A stretch of 64,000 bases of DNA from an uncultured Phycisphaerales bacterium (GTDB taxonomy: Bacteria; Planctomycetota; Phycisphaerae; Tepidisphaerales; Tepidisphaeraceae), in the NCBI GenBank assembly GCA_963758525.1, contig CAVWVQ010000003.1:1664001-1728000 (forward strand), read 5' to 3'. Position numbers and translations under genes: made by a program. This document shows positions 40,186-50,036 of the stretch, piece after piece. Numbering within the stretch: the first letter of the stretch is position 1; each line of letters begins with the position of its first letter. Under the pieces are notes generated by a model that was not told the DNA's origin, made no database searches, and was given only the letters and a program-made list of their open reading frames with translations.

Positions 40186-42498
40186 TCAAAAATTCTCCGC
40201 TTTGCGTTGCGGCGCCTGCGCTTCGGACGCGCCGGCTGCAGCCGCGGAAAGCAATACCACGATGCGCGTTCCCTGGTTGGGGCGGCTCTCGAGGCGGATC
40301 GATCCGCCGCTGGCTTCGATCCATCGCAGCGCCTTGGCCAGCCCCATCCCGCGGCGTCGGCCGGCGGGCTTGTTGCTGAAAAATGGATCGAACGCGTGCT
40401 TGACCGTGTTCTCGTCCATTCCGCAGCCGTCGTCGCTGATCGTCACCACGACGCGGTTCGAGAACGGATCGAACCCTGCGTGGACGCCGATCTGACCTTT
40501 CCGCGGGTCGGTCGCGTGGATCGCGTTTTCGATCACCTCGCACAACGCGGCAGATACCTGCTTCACATCCAGCACCACCGTCGGGGCTTCCCCAATGGTC
40601 AGCTCAATGGACCTATCGGCCGGATCGTTCTGCATCTTGGCTTCATGCAGTGCACGTTCCAGCACGTCGGCAATTTCGGCCGGTTTGATCTGCGGAGCTT
40701 CAGGGCGCGCGAAGTCCATTAACTCCGTGATGATGGCGCTGAGTCGATGCGCCTGCTCGTGGATCAGGTGGGCGGCGGCCTTGAACTTCGGATCGACCAG
40801 CTGTGTGGCCAGAAGTTGCGAACGGCCGCTGATGACCGCCAGCGGATTATTCATCTCATGCGCCGCTCCCGCGGCCATCTCACCCACGCTGATCATCGTC
40901 CGGCTGCGGAGGATTTCCGCCTGGGCGGTGTGAAGCTGGCGATTGGCCTCGGCAAGCTGCTCGGCCAGGGCCCGCGCTTCTTCGCGCACCTGCGACGACC
41001 GCAAGGCCATCGCCCAGCCGTTGGCAATCGCGCACAGTTCCTTGACCTGCGCACCGAGGCGCGTCGACTCGCCGTCGGGCGCGCCCCACATGACTCCGCC
41101 GATGCAGACGTTGTCCGCCTGCAGGCAGATCCAGTATCGCCGCTCGTTGGGAAGCCGCGGAGAGACGACTGCGGAGAGCCATTCCAGATCGTCTCCAACT
41201 GCCATCACCGGGCCGTCGCCCACTGGCGGCCTCAGCGGGCGCGCGCTGCCGGATGCTCCATCCGTGTTGATCGCGACGGGGAGGTCGACCAGAGATGTGT
41301 CGAAGACGGTCCCGGTGTCGTCGCACATCAGCACTTCGGCGTAATCATGAGAAGCAGGCAGCGAGAAGGCAGCTGCGCAGGGAACTCCCAGGACCCCCAC
41401 TGCCGCCTGAGCGACCGCCCGCAGCACCGTTCCCGACTCCGCGTCGGGATGCAATTCCCCCTGGAACCCGCTGAGGGCGTCGAAGAATTTCGCTCGAACC
41501 GCGAGCCGTTTGTTCTTTGCCTCGAGCTGTCCTGCCGCCCTTCCCAGTTCCCGGTTGGCCTCGGCCAGCGCCTTTTGATACAGCTCGGCCGAGCTGACTT
41601 TTCCCAGGCCCATCGCCTGGGCGCGGGGCTCGATGGTTTCGACGAGCTGGCGGAGCACCTGCTGGACATCGCTTTCGGAAACGCCGGCGGCGTCGAGCAG
41701 TTCCTGGCGCGGACGCAAGAAACTGTAGTTGCCGCTGTATCCCAGGTGGTGCTCCCGCACGAGATCGTCGGCGAGCGCCACAAGACACACGATGCGCGGC
41801 TGCTGCACCGTCGCGGGAAGCGCGCGCGGGAGTTGTCCATGGAGCCATGCGCAGTCGCGGATGATGGCCGGCAAATGCCAGCGCTCCGCGAGGCGTTTGC
41901 CCACCACCATGTGATCGAGGCCGATGACGCTGCGCTCCACGTCGGCGATGTTGCCGCGAAGCATGTCAGCGGCTTCGATCACCCGGCTGTAGCTCTTGGG
42001 CAGCATCGCATCGAGCGCAATCTTGCCCAGATCATGAAGCAGCCCGCAGATGAAGGCAGTGGATCCCGCATTGCGGTCGGCGAGGGACGTTTGCGAGCCG
42101 CTCGTCGCGAGCAGCTCGGCACAACAGGCCACCGCAATGCAATGTTTCCAGAATTCCTCGCGATCGAACGGCGCGCCGGCGCCGCTGTCGGCGCCGTTGA
42201 ATGTCTCGAAGACTGAAAGCGCAAGCACGGCATTGCGAACGGATTCAAATCCGAGAAGCACGACCGCCCGTTCGATGCTGGTGATGTTGCCGCGTGCGCC
42301 GCTGTCTGCCCGGTGCAGCAGTTTGAGGATTCGGGCGGAGAGCGACGGATCGGAGCCGATGAGCTTGGCGACTTCGTCGGCGGTAGACCCCTCCTTGGCC
42401 GTCACTTCCAGCACGCGCGTCGCGACCGCGGGAAGCGTCGGAAGCTCTTCGAGCTGCTGGAGAATGAGCTCGATGCGTTTTTCGCGCAGGTCCGACAT
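40186..42498 (-). CDS. HDOD-domain sensor histidine kinase
   Basis: LPTLP, GLLHDLGK (HDOD); AHEMNNPL, ENAIHA, DDGCGM, FDPFF, GMGL (HisKA/HATPase). Confidence 0.92.
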   Translation of the reverse strand: MSDLREKRIELILQQLEELPTLPAVATRVLEVTAKEGSTADEVAKLIGSDPSLSARILKLLHRADSGARGNITSIERAVVLLGFESVRNAVLALSVFETFNGADSGAGAPFDREEFWKHCIAVACCAELLATSGSQTSLADRNAGSTAFICGLLHDLGKIALDAMLPKSYSRVIEAADMLRGNIADVERSVIGLDHMVVGKRLAERWHLPAIIRDCAWLHGQLPRALPATVQQPRIVCLVALADDLVREHHLGYSGNYSFLRPRQELLDAAGVSESDVQQVLRQLVETIEPRAQAMGLGKVSSAELYQKALAEANRELGRAAGQLEAKNKRLAVRAKFFDALSGFQGELHPDAESGTVLRAVAQAAVGVLGVPCAAAFSLPASHDYAEVLMCDDTGTVFDTSLVDLPVAINTDGASGSARPLRPPVGDGPVMAVGDDLEWLSAVVSPRLPNERRYWICLQADNVCIGGVMWGAPDGESTRLGAQVKELCAIANGWAMALRSSQVREEARALAEQLAEANRQLHTAQAEILRSRTMISVGEMAAGAAHEMNNPLAVISGRSQLLATQLVDPKFKAAAHLIHEQAHRLSAIITELMDFARPEAPQIKPAEIADVLERALHEAKMQNDPADRSIELTIGEAPTVVLDVKQVSAALCEVIENAIHATDPRKGQIGVHAGFDPFSNRVVVTISDDGCGMDENTVKHAFDPFFSNKPAGRRRGMGLAKALRWIEASGGSIRLESRPNQGTRIVVLLSAAAAGASEAQAPQRKAENF

Positions 42499-42500
42499 AG

Positions 42501-42717
42501 AGGGTTCAGGGTGTCAGAAGTCAGGGTTCAGGGTGTCAGGGTTCAGTGGGTTCAGGGCGTTCGGGTCGTTAGTAGCTCATTTGCGCTGAACGGGCGTTCC
42601 TTTGCGACTTAATGGAGCCGGTGTACATGGATCGGAGCTGGGTGGCATTCGCTAAACCTGAACCCTGAACCCTGAACCCTGAACCCTGAACCCTGAACCC
42701 TGACACCCTGAACCCTC
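42501..42717. repeat. inverted heptamer arrays (AGGGTTC)n..(GAACCCT)n
   Basis: Arrays at 42501-42557 and 42657-42717; shorter copies at 8510-8527 and 36235-36259. Confidence 0.9.
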
Positions 42718-42726
42718 TCCTTCTGA

Positions 42727-43290
42727 CTACACCGTTAAGAGCTCGCCAATGCGTTCGATCAGCTTCTCGATATTGAAAGGCTTCTTGACGAAGTCGTCGG
42801 CGCCGGATTTCAGGAGGTCATTGATTTCTTCCTGGTTGACCACGCCGGAGACAATCACGATCTTCATGTGCTCGAAGTTGGGGTTCTTGCGGATGGTCTG
42901 GCAGACGATGTTGCCGTTAATGTCCGGAAGCATGTAGTCCAGGATGATCAGGTCCGGGAGGAACTCCTGGGTCAGAATTCCCGCGTCGTATCCCGTGGCG
43001 GCCGTCTTCACCTCAAATCGGCCGTCGCGGTCGAGTACGTCGACAAACAATTCCACAATTTCCGGGTCGTCGTCCACGACCAGCACCTTCTGCTTGCCGG
43101 TGTCGAGTGCATCAGGCGGAATGTTATTGTCACGCATGAACGCGATCAGCGCCTCGCGCGGGATGCGACGAAAGCGGCTGCCCGGAACGCGGAAGCCCTT
43201 GAGCCTGCCGCTGTCAAAGCAACGGATAATCGTCTGCTGCGAGACTTTGCAAATTTCTGCGGCCTCGCCGGTGGTGAAGACTGTCTTCAT
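42727..43290 (-). CDS. excisionase-type HTH plus receiver response regulator
   Basis: MKTVFTTGEAAEICKVSQQTIIRCFDSG..VLVVDDD..LDYMLPD..KKPF. Confidence 0.93.
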   Translation of the reverse strand: MKTVFTTGEAAEICKVSQQTIIRCFDSGRLKGFRVPGSRFRRIPREALIAFMRDNNIPPDALDTGKQKVLVVDDDPEIVELFVDVLDRDGRFEVKTAATGYDAGILTQEFLPDLIILDYMLPDINGNIVCQTIRKNPNFEHMKIVIVSGVVNQEEINDLLKSGADDFVKKPFNIEKLIERIGELLTV

Positions 43291-43465
43291 GCGTACTCCA
43301 TCCCAAAATTTCCCTCGCCGGTATAATCGGCGAATTGCGAATAGTGTATCAGGCTTCTCCTGATACCCCATATTCCCTATTTAACCATCGGCAACGGCTT
43401 TTGGCAACTTGAGGGAGATAGGAATCTTCGGGCGGAATTATTGGACGGAGGGGAGGGGCGAAAGA

Positions 43466-43656
43466 AGCCCGAATGACGAAACCAGAAACCAGAATCAGAC
43501 CAGAAATCAGAATGACGAATGACTGAGACGAGTCCAGGGGCTGCGTTCAATTCAGTAGGCATAGCCACTGACGGGAATCACTGGCGCGCGAACTCGTTCA
43601 TTCAGGCATTCGTCATTCTGGCTTGATTCGGCATTCTGGTTTCGGAATTCTGGTTT
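43466..43656. repeat. inverted degenerate heptamer arrays (GAATGAC/CAGAAAC)
   Basis: GAATGACGAAACCAGAAACCAGAATCAG.. facing ..CATTCGTCATTCTGG..ATTCTGGTTTC, downstream of rpsD. Confidence 0.75.
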
Positions 43657-43667
43657 GTTTGGCCGTT

Positions 43668-44264
43668 TTATCGGTAGAACTCGATCACCAAGTTCATGTT
43701 CACTTCAAACGGCACTTCTTCGGTGGTCGGCAGCGACTTGATCGTCGCGGTGAGTTGAGCGGGGTTCCACTCCAGCCAGTTGGGCACGTTGTGACCGGCG
43801 TTTTGCTCCATGTTTTCGCGAAGCAGCTTGTGAATGCCTTCTCGGAAGGTAATCACTTGCCCCGGCTTAACGGAGTAACTCGCGATGTCGGTCTTGCGCC
43901 CATCGACGATCACATGCCCGTGGGCGACGATCTGGCGGGCGGCCCAGATCGTACGGCCGACGCCGAGCCGGCGAAGGACGTTATCCAACCGCCGCTCAAG
44001 CAGTTGAATCATGGTGCTGGCGGTGTTGCCCTTCGACTTCTTGGCATGGTCGAGGAAGCGGCGAAACTGCCGTTCCATCATGCAATAGTGAAAACGCAGC
44101 TTCTGCTTCTCGGCAAGGCGGACGCCGTACTCGGTATTGCGCCGGCCGCGATAGCCATGCATGCCTGGGAGGGTCAGGTCTTTGCCAGTATGTTTTGGGA
44201 CGTCGGCAATCGGGACGCCGACACGACGGGAGAGCTTGACCTTCGGTCCGGTATAACGGGCCAT
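43668..44264 (-). CDS. rpsD: 30S ribosomal protein S4
   Basis: MARYTGPKVKLSRR, EYGVRLAEKQKLRFHY, LERRLDNV, ARQIVAHGH, VIEFY. Confidence 0.97.
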   Translation of the reverse strand: MARYTGPKVKLSRRVGVPIADVPKHTGKDLTLPGMHGYRGRRNTEYGVRLAEKQKLRFHYCMMERQFRRFLDHAKKSKGNTASTMIQLLERRLDNVLRRLGVGRTIWAARQIVAHGHVIVDGRKTDIASYSVKPGQVITFREGIHKLLRENMEQNAGHNVPNWLEWNPAQLTATIKSLPTTEEVPFEVNMNLVIEFYR

Positions 44265-44867
44265 GGAAGAAACGCTTTCTATGCCGGCGAACCGGCACTC
44301 AAAACATGCGAGGCGGCTCAGATATGAGACCGACTGATACGCCGTGAAGCGCCGGCATGGTTCTGAGGCATGCCGAAGCCCGTCACCCGCAAGCGGCAGG
44401 TGACCGACGAAAGATAGCAGAAGCGGGCGGCGGACGCCAGAAGGAGGGCCATTGTTGAGATCTTTTTGAACGGTGGTCACGGGTTAGAATAGTCGTCGGC
44501 ATCGCCCTCGGCGTGCGAGTTCGTTGGATGCGCGGTTCCACCGCATTTATTCACGCATCCGCGTCGGTTTTTAACTTCCACTTCAAGCCGCACCTGCGGC
44601 GACGCATCGTAACCAGCGAAGTTCAGGATTCGCGCTCCAACCGCCTACAAGTCCAAGTCTCCGCACTTGTTCGTCACGGACCGCTCGGCACCGTTTAAGC
44701 GGTTTGCGCCAAAGCGCATAAGTCGTTTATCAAAAGCATTTTTACAAAACCGATTAGTAATCCGATCGGATAGCATTAAAGCACTCGCTTCAGGCCCAGA
44801 ACGGCAAATAACGTGCTAACGTAGCCATTACGACATCGGCAATATCGTCCTACCATCGCTGCTTCAT

Positions 44868-45085
44868 ATGACACACGGTAACCGTCTCATCCAGCTTCGA
44901 AATCCTTCCATACGACCGATCGAGATTCGTAAGTCACTGAACTGCCTCACGCAACTGGAGAGAAGCTGCGCGTCGTGCCATTTGACGGGCGACTGGAGCT
45001 CATCCCTGTACGGGAAATTCGATCCATGCGCGGTTTCTTACGTGGCATGGATACCACTATCGAACGTGAAGAGGATCGCCTGTGA
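44868..45085 (+). pseudogene. degraded AbrB/MazE-type antitoxin
   Basis: The 3' frame reads GEKLRVVPFDGRLELIPVREIRSMRGFLRGMDTTIEREEDRL*; the 5' part is frameshifted. Confidence 0.7.
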
Positions 45086-45593
45086 GTGCAGCCAACGTGG
45101 TTGACTCGTCCGGCTGGCTGGAATATTTCGCGGGGAGCGATCGGGCTGATCTGTTCGCGGCGGCCATCGAAGACACGGCCAGTCTCGTGGTACCCGTTGT
45201 CAAGAGGTCTTTTCTCGCAGCGCAGCTGAGAAGGATCCCTAATTCTTCGCCAGAAGAGATCGGCTCCTAATTCGAAATGTTCCAGCTCGGCGACGTCAGT
45301 AGATAGACGCTCTGCGTCAAGTTTGGCCAGTACGCCCGCTTGGTTTCGATTTACGAAGTCTTTAAGAAGGTGCACGAGAACGCGGTGAAAACGACGCGCT
45401 GCAGGTCGCCAGTGTCATGCAGGCTGCCCGTGTGATTGAACTGGACGCCGCGTTGGCAATGGACGCTGCTCGCTACTCGCTGCCTCTGGCAGATAGCATA
45501 ATTTACGCTACCGCAATCCTTCACGCCGCGACGCTCTGGACCCAGGACGAACACTTCAAAGAGTTGCCGCAAGTACGTCATTTTCCAAAATGA
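45082..45593 (+). pseudogene. vapC: VapC/PIN toxin interrupted by a 142-bp insertion
   Basis: NVVDSSGWLEYF..LVVPVV, insertion, then SIYEVFKKV..LPLADSIIYATA..LWTQDEHF. Confidence 0.82.
45201..45342. mobile_element. 142-bp MITE-like insertion
   Basis: Ends CAAGAGG..CCGCTTG with GT on both sides; excision restores the frame PVVSIYEV. Confidence 0.5.
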
Positions 45594-46112
45594 TCTAATC
45601 AACATCTTTGCTGCGATGTCGACCGGATCGTTGAACGCGGACGTGCCGACCACCTTGCGCAACGCGCTGGAGTTCGCGGTAGATTGCGACGACTGCGCGA
45701 ATCCCGGCCTCCCACATCGCTTTGGACTAAAATGCTGATCCAGTTGCCCACGCGGGTGCGAGAGCCGTCCGAAAACTTCATCAGCAAATCGTCAAAAGGG
45801 AGCCGTCCGAATACTTCATCAGCCGAGTCAGAAATTTCGGCTTCGCGCATCTTTCGCAGAAACGCACGGCGGATTTCCTCTGGCACACCGTCGCCGCGGG
45901 AGCGCACATCGCCAGGACACGACATGCCGCAGCTCGCGGTGTCAAGCAACAGACTCACCTATGGTCATGCCCGCGCCTTGCGCTGCGAATCTCGTTAGTG
46001 GTTACGCATTCAACGGGTTTCATCGGGTGCGTATCGCATCGAGCACGGTGGACGGAGAGGCGGTTTGCTCAGTGGGGTTTAGTTCGTGCCTGGTGGACGC
46101 GGTCCGCATCCG

Positions 46113-46187
46113 GTAGCGCGGGGTGCGTCTCGCCGCGGCTGAAGGCGCCGGGAGGAAAAATAGACGGCGGGATGAATCCAGCTCTAC
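46113..46187. repeat. degenerate GTAG REP doublet
   Basis: GTAGCGCGGGG..CGGCGGGATGAATCCAGCTCTAC. Confidence 0.65.
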
Positions 46188-46942
46188 ACTCTCGCCTTTT
46201 CCTCCGCCTGGCGCAGCAGCGTTTCTGCCTCGGGGTAGCCGGCTGCTCGCGCCGCTCGGGCGGCGGCGATCGCTTTGGCGAAATCCGGCGGGGTCATCAG
46301 CATGTGGGCCACTGCTTTGTAGTATTGTGCTTCGCCCAGTTGGGGATTGCGCTCGACGGCGGCGTCGAACCATTGCAGCGCTTCAGGAAGGCGGTCCATC
46401 CCCAGATACACCCGGCCCAGCGTCGTCATGCATTGCTCGCTGGCCTGCAGCGCCTGGGGAAAATCGGCGGCGGCGGAGATCGCCTGATCATATTCCTTGA
46501 GCGATGCATAGAGCATCATCAACTGATTCAGCGTGACGGAGTTGGCGGGCGACGCGCGCAGGCTGTTGTACATGCCGATCGCCTGCTGCGTTTGTTGTGC
46601 GTCGGCCCGATCGATGTTGGCGCGCAACTGCTGTGGAGTGGTCGGAAACTGGGCCCCGCAGGCGGAGCACTGTACGAACTTGCGGGCGGTGCCCATCGGG
46701 AAGATGGGGATGAAAAAAAGCGCAAACCACACCCTCTGGAGCTTGGGAAGCATGTCCGCCTCGCGATGGCACCGAGGGCATAGGGTGCGGACGGAAGGGC
46801 CCGAATCATCGGAGACGATTCCCCGCGAGCCAAACATGACGAAGATGAACCCGTGACGTTTTCTCGTTCGGCGATTCACGCAGTGCACGTTACCGTTGCC
46901 GATGTTGATTTGGAAACCCCCGATGCCCGATAGAAAATCCAC
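46184..46942 (-). CDS. zinc-ribbon plus TPR protein (start probably near 46850)
   Basis: CPRC..WFALFFIPIFP..VQCSAC zinc ribbon, then TPR repeats. Confidence 0.8.
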   Translation of the reverse strand: MDFLSGIGGFQINIGNGNVHCVNRRTRKRHGFIFVMFGSRGIVSDDSGPSVRTLCPRCHREADMLPKLQRVWFALFFIPIFPMGTARKFVQCSACGAQFPTTPQQLRANIDRADAQQTQQAIGMYNSLRASPANSVTLNQLMMLYASLKEYDQAISAAADFPQALQASEQCMTTLGRVYLGMDRLPEALQWFDAAVERNPQLGEAQYYKAVAHMLMTPPDFAKAIAAARAARAAGYPEAETLLRQAEEKARV

Positions 46943-48149
46943 GATGCTGATTCTGATTGTGGGCCTGTGCGCCCTGGCGTCGTCGTATTGGGCAAAAGGC
47001 TTTTGGTATTTGATCGATGGCCCCGCGGGGCAGGGGGCGATCGATCTTCGGGTGCGGTGGGTCGATCAGCGATACGTGCTGCATCGCCAGAACCCGTTCG
47101 ACGTCTACTTCACGCATCACGGCGCAGCCGTGCCGGCAGTGGTCTGGCACGGGCGCGATGCATCGGTCATTCCGCAACTGGGCGCGCCGGCCGCTGTCGG
47201 CTACCCCGCCTGGTCATACTTCTCGGGCTACGTGCTGTTCTGGCCTTCGTGGCAAACGACTCGGGTATATTACGCGGCGATTCAGTTGATCTGTCTGCTC
47301 TGGCTTGTCCGCTGGGCCTTTCTGCAGGGCCGGCAGGTGGATGCGTGGTGCGGCGCATTCTGCGCATCTGCCGTCGCCGCGACCGCAAGCTTCTGCACAA
47401 CGCTGGCGAACGGACAATATGGAATCCTCGTGCTGGCGCTTCTGGCGGCCGCCCTGCAGCTCGACGAAGCCGGCTGGCCCTGCACTGCCGGATTGCTGGC
47501 GGGCGTCGCGTGCCTGAAGCCGAACATCACCGGGCCATTTCTTCTGTGCTTCGCGGTGCGGCGGCGCTGGCGCGTGCTTTCGATGGCGACCGGATATCTC
47601 TCGATTGCGAGCCTGTGGATCTGGGTTGCGGTCCGCACCAATCCTCTGGAGATGCTCGGACAGATGCTGCGGGGCGGTGCGGACTTCGCACAGACCGGCT
47701 ACGGCCTGGTCAGCGTCGCGATCGCCCTGGGAATGAAGCCGGCAACGGCCACGCCGATCATCGCATTGTCGGTGATGTCGGTGACGCTTGTGATCTGCCT
47801 GAAATATCGGAAACGACCGGCGCTTGAACTGTTCGCTGTCGCGGGCGTCGCCGCTCGGTTCTGGACCTATCACCAGACCTATGACAACCTTTCGGTGATC
47901 TTCCTGCTGGTCGCACTGGCGCGAAAGTCATGGGTCAGAGGCACGCCAGGTCAGTTGCTGGCGCTGGGCGCGGTTGGCGTTTCGTTGTGGCTGCCCGCGA
48001 AATTCACGGACCTGCTTTGGTTTCAGGTCGTTCAATGCTTCGTCTGGATCGCTGGAACCGTTGTGATGCTGATCGACGCCAGCGCCAGGAACAGGGGTTA
48101 CCGTGATTCGGACGCGATGGGCTTCACCGACGTTGCCGCAAGTGCATAA
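46896..48149 (+). CDS. GT87-like membrane glycosyltransferase (GT-C)
   Basis: IDL..R, GYP, LANGQ, CLKPNI, TYHQTYD; multi-TM. Confidence 0.75.
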   Translation: MPMLIWKPPMPDRKSTMLILIVGLCALASSYWAKGFWYLIDGPAGQGAIDLRVRWVDQRYVLHRQNPFDVYFTHHGAAVPAVVWHGRDASVIPQLGAPAAVGYPAWSYFSGYVLFWPSWQTTRVYYAAIQLICLLWLVRWAFLQGRQVDAWCGAFCASAVAATASFCTTLANGQYGILVLALLAAALQLDEAGWPCTAGLLAGVACLKPNITGPFLLCFAVRRRWRVLSMATGYLSIASLWIWVAVRTNPLEMLGQMLRGGADFAQTGYGLVSVAIALGMKPATATPIIALSVMSVTLVICLKYRKRPALELFAVAGVAARFWTYHQTYDNLSVIFLLVALARKSWVRGTPGQLLALGAVGVSLWLPAKFTDLLWFQVVQCFVWIAGTVVMLIDASARNRGYRDSDAMGFTDVAASA

Positions 48150-48152
48150 GTT

Positions 48153-49072
48153 ATGACCAGGCCGTTGTTCTCCACGATCATTCCCGTTTACAACCGAGCC
48201 CGGCTCGCGACGTCCGCGATCGATTCGGCGCTGGCGCAGTCGCGGAGCGATCAGGAAATCATTGTTGTCGACGACGGTTCGACCGATGACACGGTGCCCG
48301 TGCTGCACGAGAGATACGGGGATCGCATCCGCCTGCTGCAGCAGCCCAACGCCGGACCGGGGCCGGGCGCAATACCGGAATCGAGGCCGCCAGCGGGACG
48401 TACATCGCGTTTCTCGACAGCGACGATCGCTGGCTTCCCTGGACGCTGGAGACTTATCGGAAAGTTGCAGAGCAGCACGGGCAGCCCGCGTTCATCACCG
48501 GCCAACATCGCGTGTTTCGCGAGGAGCAGGAACTTGCTGAGGCAGTCGAAATGCCCTTGCGCGTGGAGGCCTTTCCCGACTACCTGGCTTCGAGCGATCG
48601 ATGGCGCTGGTTTGGCGCTTCCTCATTTGTGGTTCGGCGGGATGCACTGATGGCGGCCGGAAAATTCGCCAACTCGCGCATGAACGGGGAGGACGCTGAT
48701 CTGGCGATGCGCCTTGGAATATCGCCGGGCTTCGTGCATATCGAGGAGCCGATCACTTTTGGCTATCGCGAGCACGACGCCAACGTCCGCCGGGATCTGT
48801 CTCGGACTCTTGCCGGGTTGAACTACCAGTTGGCCGCGGAGAAGAACGGAAGTTATCCCGGCGGCGCGGCGCGGCGCATGGAGCGCATCCGCATTCTCGG
48901 AGGATATGCTCGCCCCGTCGCGCTGGCTCTGCTCAAAGCAGGAGATCGGCGCGCCGCCTGGGCGCTGTATCGCCAGACGCTCGGCTGGAATCTGCGCCTT
49001 GGCCGGCTGCGTTATCTGCTTGGCTTTCCCGCCTCCGCGGTCATCGCGCGCAAGGCCCGCTTGTCCCCGTGA
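48153..49072 (+). CDS. GT2 glycosyltransferase (frameshifted)
   Basis: IIPVYNR, VVDDGSTD, FLDSDD (alternate frame), GEDADL. Confidence 0.85.
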
Positions 49073-49171
49073 TCAGTCAGCCGTAACGAGTCGTATCCAC
49101 AACTGGAGCCTTCCCTGGATTTTCCACCCCAAGCCACCCTCGTCATCGCGACGCGCAACCGCCGGGAATCC

Positions 49172-50017
49172 TTGCGCGTGGCGTTGGCGTCCGCTCTGAA
49201 ACAAACCACGCCGCTGGAGATTCTGGTGCTGGATGACGGCTCGGACGACGGAACTGCCGACATGGTGAGAAGCGAATTCCCTCTCGTGCGACTGGAACGT
49301 TGCGAGGAATCCGCCGGCTATATCGCCCGGCGAAATCAGGGCGCCGAGCTGGCGGCCGGGACGGTGATCGTTTCAATTGACGATGATGCCGCCTTCCCCT
49401 TTGCCGGAACGGTCGCGCAGACGCTCGCCGAGTTTGACGATCCCCGGATCGGCGCGGTGGCGATTCCATTCATCAATGTCAATCAGGGCCCGGAGGTTAC
49501 CTTGAAAGCGCCGGCCGACGGCTGTTGCGCAACATTCAGCTTCACGGGAACCGCTTATGCAATCCGTCGCGAGGTCTTTTTGCAGTTGGGCGGATTTCGC
49601 ACGTGCCTGGTGCACCAGGGGGAGGAGATGGATCTGTCCATTCGTCTGCTGCACGCCGGTTACGTCGTGCGGATCGGACGGGCGGACCCGATTCATCATT
49701 TCGAGTCGCCGCGCCGCGATCTGCGCCGGATGGACTACTTCGGACGCCGCAACGACATCCTCTTCGCGTGGAACAACGTCCCGCTGCCGGCGCTGCTTCC
49801 GCACCTGATGATGACCACCTTTCATGGGCTGCTTCTGGGATGGCGCGTCGGCAGATTTTCGCGGATGCTGCGCGGGCTGTTCGCCGGGTACGGGGCACTG
49901 TTCGGCGGCTGCGCCAGTCGTCGCCCCGTGAGCTGGAAAGTGTATCGCGTGGCTCGCGACCTGAAGAAACGGACCGCGCTTCCCATCAGGCAGGTGATCG
50001 CAATGATCGCGCGCTGA
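49172..50017 (+). CDS. GT2 glycosyltransferase (frame is open upstream to about 49115)
   Basis: VIATRNR, VLDDGSDDGT, SIDDDA, GEEMDL. Confidence 0.88.
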   Translation: MRVALASALKQTTPLEILVLDDGSDDGTADMVRSEFPLVRLERCEESAGYIARRNQGAELAAGTVIVSIDDDAAFPFAGTVAQTLAEFDDPRIGAVAIPFINVNQGPEVTLKAPADGCCATFSFTGTAYAIRREVFLQLGGFRTCLVHQGEEMDLSIRLLHAGYVVRIGRADPIHHFESPRRDLRRMDYFGRRNDILFAWNNVPLPALLPHLMMTTFHGLLLGWRVGRFSRMLRGLFAGYGALFGGCASRRPVSWKVYRVARDLKKRTALPIRQVIAMIAR

Positions 50018-50036
50018 ACCGATCTGGGGTCGAATC

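Noticed and set aside
45599..45958. 119-aa minus-strand ORF
   Set aside because: No recognisable motif; cannot support a call.
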